Shown piece by piece: positions 11,050 to 21,393 of a DNA stretch of 64,000 nucleotides; position 1 is the stretch's first letter; each line of letters starts with the position of its first letter. The stretch spans positions 1,280,001 to 1,344,000 of the forward strand of contig CAWCYI010000006.1 in NCBI GenBank assembly GCA_963799845.1, written 5' to 3'. Origin of the DNA: an uncultured Nitrososphaerota archaeon (GTDB taxonomy: Archaea; Thermoproteota; Nitrososphaeria; Nitrososphaerales; CADDZS01). The position numbers were made by a program, and so were the translations under genes. The notes beneath the pieces were generated by a model. The model was not told the origin of the DNA and searched no databases. It saw only the letters and a list, made by a program, of their open reading frames with translations.

Positions 11050-11063
11050 TCGAACCAAAGATC

Positions 11064-11960
11064 TCAGGCGCGTCTTACTAACGAGTCGTATAACTCGGGC
11101 CGTCTGTCTCGGAATACGAAAAGGGAGCGGCGCTGGTTCTCTACTTGAGAGAGGTCCAGTGAGGCGGAGATTACCTGATTCTGGCGATACTCTGGAGCTT
11201 GGGCAAGAATATTACCAGCAGGGTCAGCTATGCAGCTTAACCCGTAATATCGAGCTTCTTCGTTCCCTACTTTCTCAGTTCCCGCCTTGTTGCAGGCGAC
11301 AGCGAAAACGCAATTTTGAGCTGCGCTCGAGCGTAATAACGGAACAAACATCTTGTTGACATAGCCTGAGGACGCGTTCGGATTGAATACAATTTCAGCC
11401 CCGCCCAACGCAAGAACTCTCCAAGCCTCAGTGAACCATCTCTCATAGCATATCAAAATTCCAACTTTCGCGTGAGCCGTCTGGAATATTGGATGACCGG
11501 GTCCAGCAGAGAAAAACAGTTTCTCGTTGTTGTATCCACTGTCCCAGGAATATTGAGAAACGTAATTCTTCCTGGCTGTTCTCACCTTGGCACCGGTTGG
11601 CAGGGCTCCGTCGACAACCTCGCCACTCGAAGAAATCACTGCGACTGAGTTGTAATATTGACCCTTTAGCTCGCCTCTTTCATAAAATGGCAGGATTATG
11701 TTTGTCCCGTATTCTTTCGCTGCTTTCTCAAATCGCTGGATGGTCGGACCGTCAATTGATTCCGCCCAATCGAAGAATTTCTTGTTACGCACCCCGATCG
11801 CGAAGAAGAGAGTCGTGCAGAGCTCCGGGAATAGCGCATAATCAACGCTCGTCTTGCTGCATGCATTTCGAAGAAGGCCTAGACATTTCATGATGTTCTT
11901 CTCCTTTTCTTCAAATAACGGACCAACCTGAAAGGCGCTTGCAGTGATTTCCTTCTTCAA
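11064..11960 (-). CDS. Nitrilase-family C-N hydrolase (beta-ureidopropionase/N-carbamoylase-like)
   Basis: Catalytic triad E (FPEL), K (ARKN), C (ICYER); GAEIVFNP. Confidence 0.88.
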   Translation of the reverse strand: MKKEITASAFQVGPLFEEKEKNIMKCLGLLRNACSKTSVDYALFPELCTTLFFAIGVRNKKFFDWAESIDGPTIQRFEKAAKEYGTNIILPFYERGELKGQYYNSVAVISSSGEVVDGALPTGAKVRTARKNYVSQYSWDSGYNNEKLFFSAGPGHPIFQTAHAKVGILICYERWFTEAWRVLALGGAEIVFNPNASSGYVNKMFVPLLRSSAAQNCVFAVACNKAGTEKVGNEEARYYGLSCIADPAGNILAQAPEYRQNQVISASLDLSQVENQRRSLFVFRDRRPELYDSLVRRA

Positions 11961-13027
11961 TTCGAATGTTTGCCACTTTTCCTTTTCGCAGTAGTGCTTG
12001 ATTTCTTCTTCTGTGTGACCTGCTCGAAGTTTCGCAAGCCAGAGCTATGCGCTTCGTCGATCTCGCTGTAAGACTTTGGGCTATACTTAAGCCAAAGATT
12101 CGGCGGGTAGATTGTTGAATCGTACATCGACCTGAATAGTTCGGTTCTAATCTCTGCAAGGAAGTTCCATGGCGGCATTGATCTTTTCTTCCGCAATCTG
12201 TCAATGTCTATAGTAGCTGAGATTATGGTTTCGTTTGCAGAACTCGCTTCCGCGATAATTACTCCGTTATAGTCTACTATCATCGAGCTTCCCACCGAAT
12301 AGGAGACAGGGTGCGAACTATCCTTCATCCATGCTGCATTGGGTGCGACAAGATAACACAAATTCTCTTGTGCCCTCGCACGATTGATTACCGACCACCA
12401 GTCATTTGGAGGCGACATCCATGGCTCCATAGCAACTGAAGGCATGAGAAAGATTTCGGCTCCCTTTAAGGCGAAAGCCCTTGGGATTTCCGGAAAGTGT
12501 CGATCATAAGAGATGAAGCAGGCCAGGTTCCCAATTTCAGTCTTAAGAACTGGAAATATCTCTTCTTTGTAATCGGACAAAATATCATGGGGGCTTGTCG
12601 CAAGTGTAAGGTTCATGTTCGTTGTGCTTATCTTTCGGTATCTTAGGGCAACCTTTCCTCTCGGGTCGATAATGAAACCCGTGCTAAAAAACCTGGATGG
12701 ATAGTTGTCGTCGATCTCAAGCGCGTGCCCGCAAATATACAACCTGTTCTTCGTTGCAACTTCTGCAAGCCTGTCTGTCTCCTCGCCGGGAATCTTCACG
12801 CATATCTTGAAAAAATCAGCCTTGTTCTTGTAGTGCGATCCTTGCAAGAACCACTCCGGGAAGGTGACTATCTTGATTGGGTACGAGAGCGTAAAAAAGC
12901 GAAAAGTGGAAAGGTGCTCTAAAAGCTCGAGCGAACGAGAAAGATTTGCCTTTATGGGAGAAGGGTGTGTCTCCGTGGAAAACGCCACGTTCGGCTGTAC
13001 GCAAAATGCCTGATATGGTTCGACCAA
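11957..13027 (-). CDS. Nitrilase-family C-N hydrolase with Ser at the nucleophile position
   Basis: FPEW, YRKIS, ISYDRHFPE (Cys replaced by Ser) and RARAQEN. Overlaps the downstream nitrilase by 4 nt. Confidence 0.82.
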   Translation of the reverse strand: MVEPYQAFCVQPNVAFSTETHPSPIKANLSRSLELLEHLSTFRFFTLSYPIKIVTFPEWFLQGSHYKNKADFFKICVKIPGEETDRLAEVATKNRLYICGHALEIDDNYPSRFFSTGFIIDPRGKVALRYRKISTTNMNLTLATSPHDILSDYKEEIFPVLKTEIGNLACFISYDRHFPEIPRAFALKGAEIFLMPSVAMEPWMSPPNDWWSVINRARAQENLCYLVAPNAAWMKDSSHPVSYSVGSSMIVDYNGVIIAEASSANETIISATIDIDRLRKKRSMPPWNFLAEIRTELFRSMYDSTIYPPNLWLKYSPKSYSEIDEAHSSGLRNFEQVTQKKKSSTTAKRKSGKHSN

Positions 13028-13119
13028 ATTGCCTGGGCACGCAAACCAGATTTTCGATCGGAGTCTCTATAACAATTTTGTGTCTAGCAATCCAAGACCT
13101 TTGACCTCATTGAACGGGA

Positions 13120-15481
13120 TTAGGCTGCGCCCTTCAGTCCTCTCAAAATCTTCTCTGGCACGAGTGGATAGTCTTTGATCCTCACTTTGACTGCATCGTT
13201 TATCGCGTTCGCAACAGCTGGACCTGTGACGATCAACGTGACCTCGCCAACCCCTTTGGCCCCATAGGGTCCGTCTGCACGATTTGATTCGACGATGATA
13301 GATTCTATTGTCGGGACTTCCTTTGCAGTTATCAGCTTATAGTTCAGGAAGTCGGAGTTGATCGGTTTTCCGTTATCAAAAACGAGCTCCTCGTAGACCG
13401 AGCCACTCAGTCCCATTGCAGTTCCCCCCTCTATCTGACTAATTACCCCTTGCGGATTGATAGCTCTCCCAACATCACAGGCATTGATGAAGTGGAGGAG
13501 TTTCAGCTGTCCCGTTTCGATATTGACTGCGACAACTGCGGCCTGAGCCGAAAATGAATAGAATGCACTAACTCTTTCCCCGAGCGCTTGCCCAGTTTCC
13601 TTGTCGGTTCCCTGCGCCCGCGTATACCAGGTAGCCTTACCCAGAATTTCTCCGCCGACGGGAAGGAAATATCCTACTTGGTTTAGCACCTCAAAGCAAT
13701 CTGTAATGGTGATGTACTTGTCCGGTGAGCCATTCTCAAAAATCCTCCCCTCCTTCGTTTCAAGCTTTATGGCAGATGTGCCAAGTTTCTTTGCTGCAAT
13801 TTCAAATAATTGACGCTTCGCGTCTTGACAGGCCAGACGTACGGCATTTCCTACATTGTAGGTTGATCTGCTCGAAATAACTCCATGGTCGTACGGCGTT
13901 ATCGCAGTATCGCAGCCAACGATCTTGATCTTATCCAATGGCATCTTGAACTCTTCACTTGCGACCTGGGCAAATGTGGTGAAAGAGCCTTGACCTATCT
14001 CAACGGTACTCGTCCGCACCTCGATTGTCTGGTCGTGATGGACCTTGACCAAAGCCGCTGAAACGCTTGGTGCCAGACTGTACTTGTTCCCGATCGCAAT
14101 ACCCTTGCCCATTCGCCAAGGTCCGTCTACGGTTTGCTCGAGCTTGTACTTAGAAAGAGAATTTCTTACTGCCGACAGGCACTCTTTTGCTCCAACAGAT
14201 TGCATCACTTCCCCCATTGCATTTTTTTCACCCTCGTCGAGGAGATTTTTCATCCTGAAATCAAACTTGTCCATTCCGATTTTTTCGGCGTCGACGTCCA
14301 TCTGCTGCTCTATCGCCGCTTGAACCTCGGCAGATCCGAATCCCCGAAAAGCGCCCCCCACCGGCAGATTGGTGTAGACGCAATAGCCGTCGGCTAGGAA
14401 GTTTTCGAACCTGTACGTGCATGCGGCGCCAAAAGACGCGTTTCTGGTGACAGCATAACTATCCTCTGTATATGCCCCCGTATTCAAAATATATCTCACA
14501 TAACGTGCCTTAATGGTCCCGTCTTTCGTAATTCCATCTTTAACGTAAACAATGAAAGGCTGTCTGACAACCGTGTTCGTAAATTCTTCTTCTCGCGTCA
14601 TTGTGATCTTTACGGGCCGCTTCGACTTTTTGGCGAGAACTACAGCGAATGGTTCAAGCTTCATCTGCGTTTTCCCCCCGAACCCGCCCCCCACTGGCGG
14701 GATGATTATTCTTATCTTCGAGGGAGGTATGTCAAGAGCGAAACTCATCTGAGTAAGCAAAAGGTAAGGCTGCTGGGCTGATGTCCAGATTGTAACATTT
14801 CCATCCGGCATTACTTCAGCTATGCAAGTGTGGACTTCGAGCGGTGCCTGCTGAATCATTTGCACCTTGTACGTATTCTCCAGGACATAGTCGGAGTCTC
14901 TTGAATCCAGAATCAACTTCTCCCTTCTTTATCCTCATGTGAGAAGCCACATTCGGCAGGTCCGGTTCATCCTTGCTGTATACCAAGGTCTTCTTGTAGG
15001 TACTCAACTCTGGATGAATAGCGACACGAGGATTGCGACCCATTGATTCCTCTGGGTTAAATATTGCGGGAAACTCCTCGTACTCTACATCAATTAGGTC
15101 AATTGCTTCCTCCGCGATATCCTCAGTATCCGCCGCGACAGCTGCTACCGGTTCTCCGATGTAACGAACTCGGTCCCTAGGGATGATCGCTTCGTCGTTT
15201 AGTCCGTATCCAAATTTCCTATCAGGAATATCCGCGCTCGTCATGATCGCGCGCACACCCTCGAGCTTCTCGGCTTTGCTCGTGTCAATTTTCAGAATCT
15301 TACCGTGGGCTACGGTACTCCTTTTGATTTTGGCGTACAGCATTTTCGGCAATTCCATGTCAAAAGTGTACTTTGTTTCTCCTCTGACTTTGTAGATTGA
15401 ATCTATCCGTGGCAGGGACTTGCCAACAGCATAGGTTTCTTCGGCCTTTTCAAATACTGAGACCGTTTCGAGGTTGCTCAA
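13120..15481 (-). CDS. Xanthine dehydrogenase-family Mo large subunit, split by one frameshift at about 14897
   Basis: ORFs 14816..15481 and 13120..14916 join. Motifs VGKSLPRID, VGGGFGGK, AFRGFG, QIEGG and GAKGVGE. Confidence 0.9.
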
Positions 15482-15521
15482 AACTTATCGAACACTATCC
15501 TACCCAACAGCGCGAATTTAA

Positions 15522-16133
15522 TTATTTTCGCTCGATGACTTCTATCTTTAATCTCTTTGCTTCGAACGCGTTGTATGCACTCAGTTCATCGGGACATGCG
15601 CTTACCGCGACGAGGCTGTCCATCTTTGCTTCCATTTCCACATAGTCACCCTGTTTCACTGGCGATTCCAAAAATTCGTAGGTACCGTCCTCGTGGAGTT
15701 TCGCGTTCATGAATAGGTTGACTACTTCTGGTACGTCAAAATCTGAAAGGCCGTATTCCTTTATGCAACCCGCAAGTATGTCCTGGCAATTCTTGTGGTA
15801 ACCATGGACTCCTTTGTTCATTTCATAACTGAAACGATTACACCGCCCGGGAGACAACCAGAACACTCCATCAAGTTGTGTGAGTACTTTGAACATCACG
15901 TTGCCAGCGGGAAGCTTGGTGTATAGATATTCCGCTTTGGTGAAACTGTGATTCAGGTGTCTGCTCAACCACGCAGAGAGAGACTCACGCATGTCGTGGG
16001 GGTTGAACGCAATCAAATCTGCTGCCTGGGGACCATCAATTGCGATCAATCTGAGAATCTGTCCTTTATTTACTCTGAAGGATTTTCCTTCGCATTTTGG
16101 AATGATTATCTCTTTCACGACTTGTTGCGACAT
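15522..16133 (-). CDS. DUF1989 (urea-carboxylase-associated/YcgI-like) Zn-binding protein
   Basis: GKSFRVNKGQILRLI...GPQAADL; three Cys (GRCN, KNCQD, SACPD); NLFMN; GDYVEMEAKMD. Likely start ATG 16133. Confidence 0.82.
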   Translation of the reverse strand: MSQQVVKEIIIPKCEGKSFRVNKGQILRLIAIDGPQAADLIAFNPHDMRESLSAWLSRHLNHSFTKAEYLYTKLPAGNVMFKVLTQLDGVFWLSPGRCNRFSYEMNKGVHGYHKNCQDILAGCIKEYGLSDFDVPEVVNLFMNAKLHEDGTYEFLESPVKQGDYVEMEAKMDSLVAVSACPDELSAYNAFEAKRLKIEVIERK

Positions 16134-16600
16134 ATCAAAACATTTCCAATCCATAAAGCCCTTAAACGCATCGTGGAGCAAAACCGAGATTGACCCTTGA
16201 TTCGTTAACATTAATTGACGTCTAAAATCATGTTGAGATTTCGGTAATGGATTTTGTTTCTGCACCTTACAAAGTCAATATGATGCAAAACCGACTAGCC
16301 GAAATCATGAATCTGGTTGATGGCATAACTTTTGCGAAGCTCAAAGAAGGATATGATGCTCGGAGACTTTTACGCTTGAGCGCTTAGTCATACTCAAAAT
16401 CTACATCTAACAAAGAAACAGATCTTAATCGATTTTCTGTACTCGGCGCAATTTTTTTTCGTGAGATCCCTACCGAGCCCTTTAGGGCTGCTGTGAATGT
16501 GATCAAAATGTTGTCGCCCGAGCTTCTAAGCTGCTGCAGCTAACTGTCATCGTGCAGCCGTGGAATGCTAATAAATAGTGCAAACCGTTTCTATCCGAAC

Positions 16601-17962
16601 ATGCCCTTTGAGGATTTGAGGGAATTTCTAGATTTCCTCGATAAGGAGAAAGAGCTGGTCAGAGTTAACGATCCGGTCGATGCAAAATACGAAATATCGG
16701 CCTTCATAAGAAAGACTTGCAACACAGGGGGCCCTGCTATTTACTTTGAAAATGTTAGAGGGTATGATTATCCAGTTGTGGGTGGCATATTCTCAAAACG
16801 GAAGCGCGTCCTTGATGCGCTCGATGCAAACGAGCAAAATGTTATCGAAAAATTCGTTCAAGGTCTCACGAATCCGATAAAGCCGGAGATCGTAAGGTCT
16901 GGGGTATGTAAGGAAGAAATCTTTGTTGGGGAAAAAGTCGACCTTCTCAAATTACCAATACCGACGTATAGTGAGCTGGACGGTGGCCCTTTCGTTACGC
17001 TAGGCGCCGTAATAACCAAAGATCTGGAGACTCGAGTGAGAAACATTGGAATCTATAGGTGCCAGCTGAAAGGAAAGAGCAAGCTCTCAATCATGGCGCA
17101 GCATTCGCAGCATGCAATGGTGCATTATGCAAAAGCGGAATCGAGAAACCAGGCACTAGAAGTTGCAATAGCTATCGGACTTGATCCAGCAATAGTTCTC
17201 GCTGCTGGAGCAAAACTCCCTTACAATGTTGATGAATTCGATGTGGCCGGTGGGCTCCGTCAAACAGCTCTGAGGCTTGTAAAGTGCGAAACAGTGGACC
17301 TTGAGGTTCCAGCTTCTTCAGAGATCGTGATTGAGGGAAGAATACTCCCACATGTCAGGGAGGATGAGGGACCTTTTGGAGAATTCTCCGGTTACTATGC
17401 AGGAGGAGTCCTAAAAATGCCAATAATTGAAGTCTCTGCCCTTACGCAACGTGCGAACGCAATTTACCAAGCAGCAAATACGGGTGTCCCTATAACTGAG
17501 AACCATGTCATAAAAGAGATACCCTGGGAAGCAGCGACATTTTCTGATATAAGAAAGAAATATCCCGAAGTTAGGGCACTTCACTACCACCCGGCCGGAT
17601 GCGCTCAATTCTTGCTTTTTGTCTCCGTGAAGCAGAGGTACAAGGGACTCGCAAGAAACATAATCACGAGCCTGCTCGGGAATCCACTACCTCCTAAGAT
17701 TGTCGTAGTCGTTGATGAGGATATAGATGTATTCGATCTCAATCAGGTAGTCTGGGCAATTACCACGAGATCGCAGCCGGACGAGGACTTGATCGTGTTG
17801 AGCGGGATGGCTGCCGGGCAGCTGGATCCTTCAACGAAAGAGAATGAAATTTCTTCAGTAATGGGAATTGACGCTACACGACCTTTTGGAAAGAGCTTTC
17901 CAGAAGTTGTCAGCGTACCCGGAGTAGACAAAGTACCGGACTTCCAAAAGTACATTCGCTAG
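16601..17962 (+). CDS. ubiD: UbiD-family prFMN-dependent (de)carboxylase
   Basis: MPFEDLREFL, NIGIYRCQ, EIVIEG, EGPFGEFSGYY, VVVDEDID, LDPS and IDATRP. Confidence 0.93.
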   Translation: MPFEDLREFLDFLDKEKELVRVNDPVDAKYEISAFIRKTCNTGGPAIYFENVRGYDYPVVGGIFSKRKRVLDALDANEQNVIEKFVQGLTNPIKPEIVRSGVCKEEIFVGEKVDLLKLPIPTYSELDGGPFVTLGAVITKDLETRVRNIGIYRCQLKGKSKLSIMAQHSQHAMVHYAKAESRNQALEVAIAIGLDPAIVLAAGAKLPYNVDEFDVAGGLRQTALRLVKCETVDLEVPASSEIVIEGRILPHVREDEGPFGEFSGYYAGGVLKMPIIEVSALTQRANAIYQAANTGVPITENHVIKEIPWEAATFSDIRKKYPEVRALHYHPAGCAQFLLFVSVKQRYKGLARNIITSLLGNPLPPKIVVVVDEDIDVFDLNQVVWAITTRSQPDEDLIVLSGMAAGQLDPSTKENEISSVMGIDATRPFGKSFPEVVSVPGVDKVPDFQKYIR

Positions 17963-18130
17963 CACCATCCATCATTAAATGCAAAGAACCGCATTTCTTC
18001 GGTAACAAAAGTTGGTGTTTTTTCCCCCGGAAGAGGCTTTATCCCCCTATTGACTGTCAAATTTCCCAATCTTTCATAGTTGTCCCCTACGACGAAATGA
18101 CTAATAACGTCAGATGCATCATTCGGTAGC

Positions 18131-19516
18131 ATGCCGAAGGATCTACGAACATTTCTGCAGCAAATTCACGAAAACAATCCTGATGAGTATGTGGAGATCG
18201 AAAAGACAGTTGATCCACTTTTTGAACTCACGCAAGTGCTCCAAAAGTTTCAAAGTTTGGGAAGAAATCCCGCAGTCGTCTTCAATCACGTCGAAGGATC
18301 AAGACATAGGGTCGTGTCCAATGTCAATGCGAGCCTTCGCAAGTTGGCCGCTGCTTTTGATTCTGACGAACAGAACATGATGCAGGAGTACATAAAGCGT
18401 GAAGCGAATCTCATCCCCCCGATAGAGGTGGTGCGCGGGCTAGTTCAGGAGATTGTAATGACAGATGAGGCCGTTGATCTTGGTCTGTTACCGATTGTGA
18501 AAAATTGTGTAGGTGATAGTGGGCCATTTGTAAACGCTGGTGCAACAATCTCCAAAGATCCTGAATTAGGTCACTTTAATTCTGGAATATATCGAATGCA
18601 GGTCCATGATAAAACCCATCTTGGATTTTGCATTGAACCTCACAATAAAGTGTCGCACATATTCAACAAATACGAATCGAAGGGGGAGCCAATGGAAATT
18701 GCCTGCGTCTTAGGGCATCATCCTGCTTGTATAATTGCCTCACAATCAAAGCTTCCCTTCGGGACCGATACCTATGCAATCATGGGGGCATTGTTGAAAG
18801 AGCCGATCCGATTGGTAAAGGCAAAAACGGTCAACCTGATGGTACCCGCTGATGCTGAAATAGTGATCGAGGGAAAAATTCTACCCAAGGTTCGAAAAGA
18901 TGAGGGGCCTTATGGAGAGTACACTTGGACGTACGGGCCCGCAAAGCATAGCCCTGTTTTTGAGGTGACGGGCATCACCATGAGGAGAGATGCAATATAC
19001 CAACACGTCTTTGCAGCGAGACGCGATCACAATTACACGGCTCTTCTTCCCAGAATGGCTATTATTTACAACAAAGTGAAAGCTGCGATTCCCTCTCTTC
19101 GCGCAGTGCACATGCCTATAGGAGGATTGTGTCGTTTTGTCGCTTATATTTCGATTAAGAAGGAGTTCGAGGGGGCTGGAAAGAATGCGGCTCTTGTCGC
19201 CCTTGGTTCAGACCCTTTCATAAAGCAGGTCGTTGTCGTTGACGACGATATCAATATTTTCGATGAAACAGATGTTCTGTGGGCAATTGCAACTCGAACA
19301 CAGCCTGATCGCGCTATATTCATGATACCCGAAGCAGCTGGATCATGGCTGGACCCATCATCCTACACTATTGTTAGCAGGGCTGAAAGAGGACTGCTCA
19401 ATACGAAATGGGCAATCGACGCCACCAAGCCGCTCGCGATTCCTTTTCAGGAGAGAGCGGAGGTTGCGCCAGGCTGGGAGAAGATTGATCTCGACGCTTA
19501 TGTGAAAAGTCGCTAG
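18131..19516 (+). CDS. ubiD: UbiD-family (de)carboxylase, second paralog
   Basis: DLRTFL, NSGIYRMQ, EGPYGEYT, VVVDDDI, WAIATR, LDPS and IDATKP. Confidence 0.92.
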   Translation: MPKDLRTFLQQIHENNPDEYVEIEKTVDPLFELTQVLQKFQSLGRNPAVVFNHVEGSRHRVVSNVNASLRKLAAAFDSDEQNMMQEYIKREANLIPPIEVVRGLVQEIVMTDEAVDLGLLPIVKNCVGDSGPFVNAGATISKDPELGHFNSGIYRMQVHDKTHLGFCIEPHNKVSHIFNKYESKGEPMEIACVLGHHPACIIASQSKLPFGTDTYAIMGALLKEPIRLVKAKTVNLMVPADAEIVIEGKILPKVRKDEGPYGEYTWTYGPAKHSPVFEVTGITMRRDAIYQHVFAARRDHNYTALLPRMAIIYNKVKAAIPSLRAVHMPIGGLCRFVAYISIKKEFEGAGKNAALVALGSDPFIKQVVVVDDDINIFDETDVLWAIATRTQPDRAIFMIPEAAGSWLDPSSYTIVSRAERGLLNTKWAIDATKPLAIPFQERAEVAPGWEKIDLDAYVKSR

Positions 19517-19526
19517 CTACAGGGTT

Positions 19527-19958
19527 TCAAATCTTCGAAGAAATGCAATTCGCAAACCGACTCACAAAACCGTCTAGCTGATTCTTGATCACTTGGTTCA
19601 CGATCCATTGGAATGGTCCTTTCGCATCCAAATTCGCGACAAACTTGACCTGGGTTGAATTCTGAGCCTTCTCGCTTAAATCAAGACGAAACTCGCCGTT
19701 AATGTCACCATCGACACTTTCTATCTTTATCGCAAGCTGGTTTGGCTCCGTTCTCTGGATTATCTTTGCCTTTGCATCGATTCTTCGCGCAATGACTCCC
19801 ACAGAGATCTTTACTTTCCAACGCGACTCGACGTCGCTTATTACAGTCACCTGTTCACAACCAGGAACGCAGGCCCCAAGAACATTGGGATCATTCAGCG
19901 CTTTCCAAACACTTGAAAGAGATCCTTTAACCTCAAAATCCCGAGAAATTTGTGGCAT
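19527..19958 (-). CDS. coxG: CoxG/SRPBCC-family protein
   Basis: VWKALNDPNVLGACVPGCE signature; last gene of the coxL-M-S-G run. Confidence 0.85.
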   Translation of the reverse strand: MPQISRDFEVKGSLSSVWKALNDPNVLGACVPGCEQVTVISDVESRWKVKISVGVIARRIDAKAKIIQRTEPNQLAIKIESVDGDINGEFRLDLSEKAQNSTQVKFVANLDAKGPFQWIVNQVIKNQLDGFVSRFANCISSKI

Positions 19959-20000
19959 AGTAACTTATCACATTGATGTTCAATGATCTAAATCAACTAA

Positions 20001-20478
20001 TTACCTCTTTTTGTTCGTTCGATAAATAACTTCTCTTATAGCATCGAGATACGGAATGTATCCGGTACATCTGCAAAGAACGCCGCAAAGGCCGTCCCGG
20101 ATTTCCTCTTCAGTTGGAGAACTATCGCTAGAATTTTCAATCAGAGCTTTTGAAGCTGAATAGCATGGCAGGAGTGCAATATCCACACTGCGGAGCGCTG
20201 TTCCTCAGAAAAGATTCTTGGAGCTCGTTGTACTTGCCTTGTTTTTGCAGGCCTTCAACTGTCATTACCGATTTTCCTTCTGCCTTCCAGAAGGGAGTCA
20301 TGCACGAGTATACACACTTCCCCTCCAACATGATCGTGCACATTCCGCAGCCACCAGAATCGCAACCTCTCTTGACCCCTGTCAAGTCAAGCTGGTTTCT
20401 GAGGACTTCTGCGAGGGAATCACCCGCTCCAGCATCGAGCAAACGTTCTTCATCGTTCACTCTAACTGATATTTTCAT
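20001..20478 (-). CDS. coxS: 2x[2Fe-2S] small subunit (CoxS/CutS), split by one frameshift at about 20158
   Basis: GCDSGGCGMC, YSC, QCGYCTP, then LCRCTGY in the shifted frame. Confidence 0.9.
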
Positions 20479-20481
20479 TCT

Positions 20482-21393
20482 CTAACTCGCCGATTCCCTA
20501 CTCTGGGATCTCTCTAACGCGTACAGAAGCGCATCTCTCACCAAAACCGGTATCACCTTCTTCTTATACGCTGACGAAGCGTGTACAGAGGGAGTAGGTT
20601 CGAGCTCTAACGTAGCGACTTGCGCTGCTTGGACTATCGTTTCCTCGGAAGCATTTTGTCCCGCTAGAAATTCTTCCGCCCGTTTCGCCCTAATAGGTGT
20701 GCCCGCTACAGCACCGAGCGCGATTCTCGCTTCCATAATCGATTTCTTCTCGTTGTCCAGCATAAGTTTGGCGGCGACGTTCACCACGGCAAAGTCGACC
20801 GATGTTCTCCCAAGCTTCACAAAAGCGGCACCGCAATTTGGATAATCGCGAACTTGAATCTCTACGAGAAGATCTTCAGGACTGAGTGCAGTAATGAAAT
20901 AATCGATGAAGAAATCATCGATCGCAAGTTGACGTTCTCCATTATCGTTTGCGACTATCAACTTTGCATCCAACGCAAGAAGAGTCACAGGCATGTCGTA
21001 AAACGGGATACCACTGCACAGGGATCCACCAATTGTTCCCATGTTTCGGATCTGGGGTGGGGTAATTTTCTTTGCTGTTTCCCGCAATGCTAACCAAGGA
21101 TTTCTTGTTGTGAAATCTGACTTTGCTATACTGCTGAATGACACGGAAGCCCCTACTCTCAACAAGCTGTTTTCAAATATAATTCGATCGAGACTTAACC
21201 TACTAACATCAACCAGTTTGTCAACGTCGGCGAGCGCACCTTGTTTCGATAATTCATAAAGCGTTGTGTTGCCTGCTACAACTCTAGCACTGGGCCCATA
21301 TTCTCGGAGAATCTTCACGGCTTCAGAAATTGATGTTGGTTTCAGGACAATGGACGGATTATACGCGGGCATTTTTTCACGCTCGATGATCAA
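20482..21393 (-). CDS. coxM: FAD-binding medium subunit (CoxM/CutM)
   Basis: VAGNTTL, QIRNMGTIGGSL and ARIALGAV. Confidence 0.9.
   Translation of the reverse strand: MIIEREKMPAYNPSIVLKPTSISEAVKILREYGPSARVVAGNTTLYELSKQGALADVDKLVDVSRLSLDRIIFENSLLRVGASVSFSSIAKSDFTTRNPWLALRETAKKITPPQIRNMGTIGGSLCSGIPFYDMPVTLLALDAKLIVANDNGERQLAIDDFFIDYFITALSPEDLLVEIQVRDYPNCGAAFVKLGRTSVDFAVVNVAAKLMLDNEKKSIMEARIALGAVAGTPIRAKRAEEFLAGQNASEETIVQAAQVATLELEPTPSVHASSAYKKKVIPVLVRDALLYALERSQSRESAS

Noticed and set aside
16134-16600. Guanidine riboswitch upstream of DUF1989
   Set aside because: Only a short hairpin (AGCCCTTTAGGGCT) is visible. I could not find ykkC or paired ACGR-loop consensus features.
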